A stretch of DNA of 64,000 bases, taken from Eledone cirrhosa (lineage: Eukaryota). The position numbers and the translations under genes are program-made. A model generated the notes under the pieces. That model was not told where the DNA came from, made no database searches, and saw nothing but the letters and a program-made list of their open reading frames with translations. Below, one piece after another: positions 62,903 to 64,000 of this stretch. Position 1 is the first letter of the stretch. Each line of letters starts with the position of its first letter. The stretch covers positions 294,562,001 through 294,626,000 of the forward strand of contig OZ024740.1 of assembly GCA_964016885.1 (NCBI GenBank), in the 5' to 3' direction.

Positions 62903-64000
62903 TGTGGTTCACCACCCAATCCTCACAATATTGTGGTTCACCACCCAGTCCTCACTGTAGTGTAGTTCACCACCCAGTCCTCACTGAAGTGTAGTTCACC
63001 ACCCAGTCCTCACTGTAGTGTAGTTCACCACCCAGTCCTCACTGTAGTGTAGTTCACCACCCAGTCCTCACTGTAGTGTAGTTCACCACCCAGTCCTCAC
63101 TGTAGTGTAGTTCACCACCCAGTCCTCACTGTAGTGTAGTTCACCACCCAGTCCTCACTGTAGTGTAGTTCACCACCCAGTCCCCACAGTAGTGTAGTTC
63201 ACCACCCAGTCCTCACTGTAGTGTAGTTCACCACCCAGTCCTCACTGTAGTGTAGTTCACCACCCAGTCCCCACAGTAGTGTAGTTCACCACCCAGTCCC
63301 CACAGTAGTGTAGTTCACCACCCAGTCCTCACTGTAGTGTAGTTCACCACCCAGTCCTCACAGTAGTGTAGTTCACCACCCAGTCCTCACTGTAGTGTAG
63401 TTCACCACCCAGTCCTCACAGTAGTGTAGTTCACCACCCAGTCCTCACAGTAGTGTAGTTCACCACCCAGTCCTCACTGTAGTGTAGTTCACCACCCAGT
63501 CCCCACAGTAGTGTAGTTCACCACCCAGTCCCCACAGTAGTGTAGTTCACCACCCAGTCCCCACAGTAGTGTAGTTCACCACCCAGTCCCCACAGTAGTG
63601 TAGTTCACCACCCAGTCCCCACAGTAGTGTAGTTCACCACCCAGTCCTCACAATAGTGTAGTTCACCACCCAGTCCTCACTGTAGTGTAGTTCACCACCC
63701 AGTCCTCACTGTAGTGTAGTTCACCACCCAATCCCCACAGTAGTGTAGTTCACCACCCAGTCCCCACAGTAGTGTAGTTCACCACCCAGTCCTCACAATA
63801 GTGTAGTTCACCACCCAGTCCTCACTGTAGTGTAGTTCACCACCCAGTCCTCACAGTAGTGTAGTTCACCACCCTGTCCTCACAGTAGTGTAGTTCACCA
63901 CCCAGTCCTCACAGTAGTGTAGTTCACCACCCAGTCCTCACAGTAGTGTAGTTCACCACCCAGTCCTCACTGTAGTGTAGTTCACCACCCAGTCCTCACT
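62903..64000 (+). repeat. 29-bp minisatellite (gtagtgtagttcaccacccagtcctcact), ~38 copies, runs off window end
   Basis: 29-bp periodicity with cctcact/cctcaca/ccccaca variants. Confidence 0.97.

Noticed and set aside
62903-64000. 29-bp repeats as a CRISPR array
   Set aside because: Head-to-tail minisatellite without spacers

Overview
Eukaryotic, AT-rich, intron- and repeat-dense genomic DNA; the repeat content ((GAT)n-tailed RTE LINEs, tRNA-headed SINEs, TA/CA microsatellites) looks like an octopod cephalopod, which is an inference. Two genes sit head-to-head across a 422-bp gap. One is a complete 20-exon DEAD-box helicase DDX27/DRS1 on the minus strand (CDS 49446->14177; exons joined by hand at GT-AG sites give 2187 nt, 728 aa). 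The other is the first four coding exons of FEN1 on the plus strand (from 49869, continuing past the window end). Introns and flanks hold three large RTE LINE copies with a PHD-like zinc finger inside the RT region, other RTE fragments, a CRE-like remnant, a Penelope-like remnant, SINEs, hAT/piggyBac/mariner-type MITEs and several minisatellites. The most unusual signals are a type-I hammerhead-like fold with a very long stem II on the Penelope strand, a 220-bp-arm near-perfect palindrome plus smaller fold-backs, a triplicated 3' splice site at the DDX27 Q-motif exon, and a SINE-derived 38-bp satellite arranged as two inverted arrays. Most short ORFs in the track are spurious. All translations and pairings were read by eye; no database search or folding was run.
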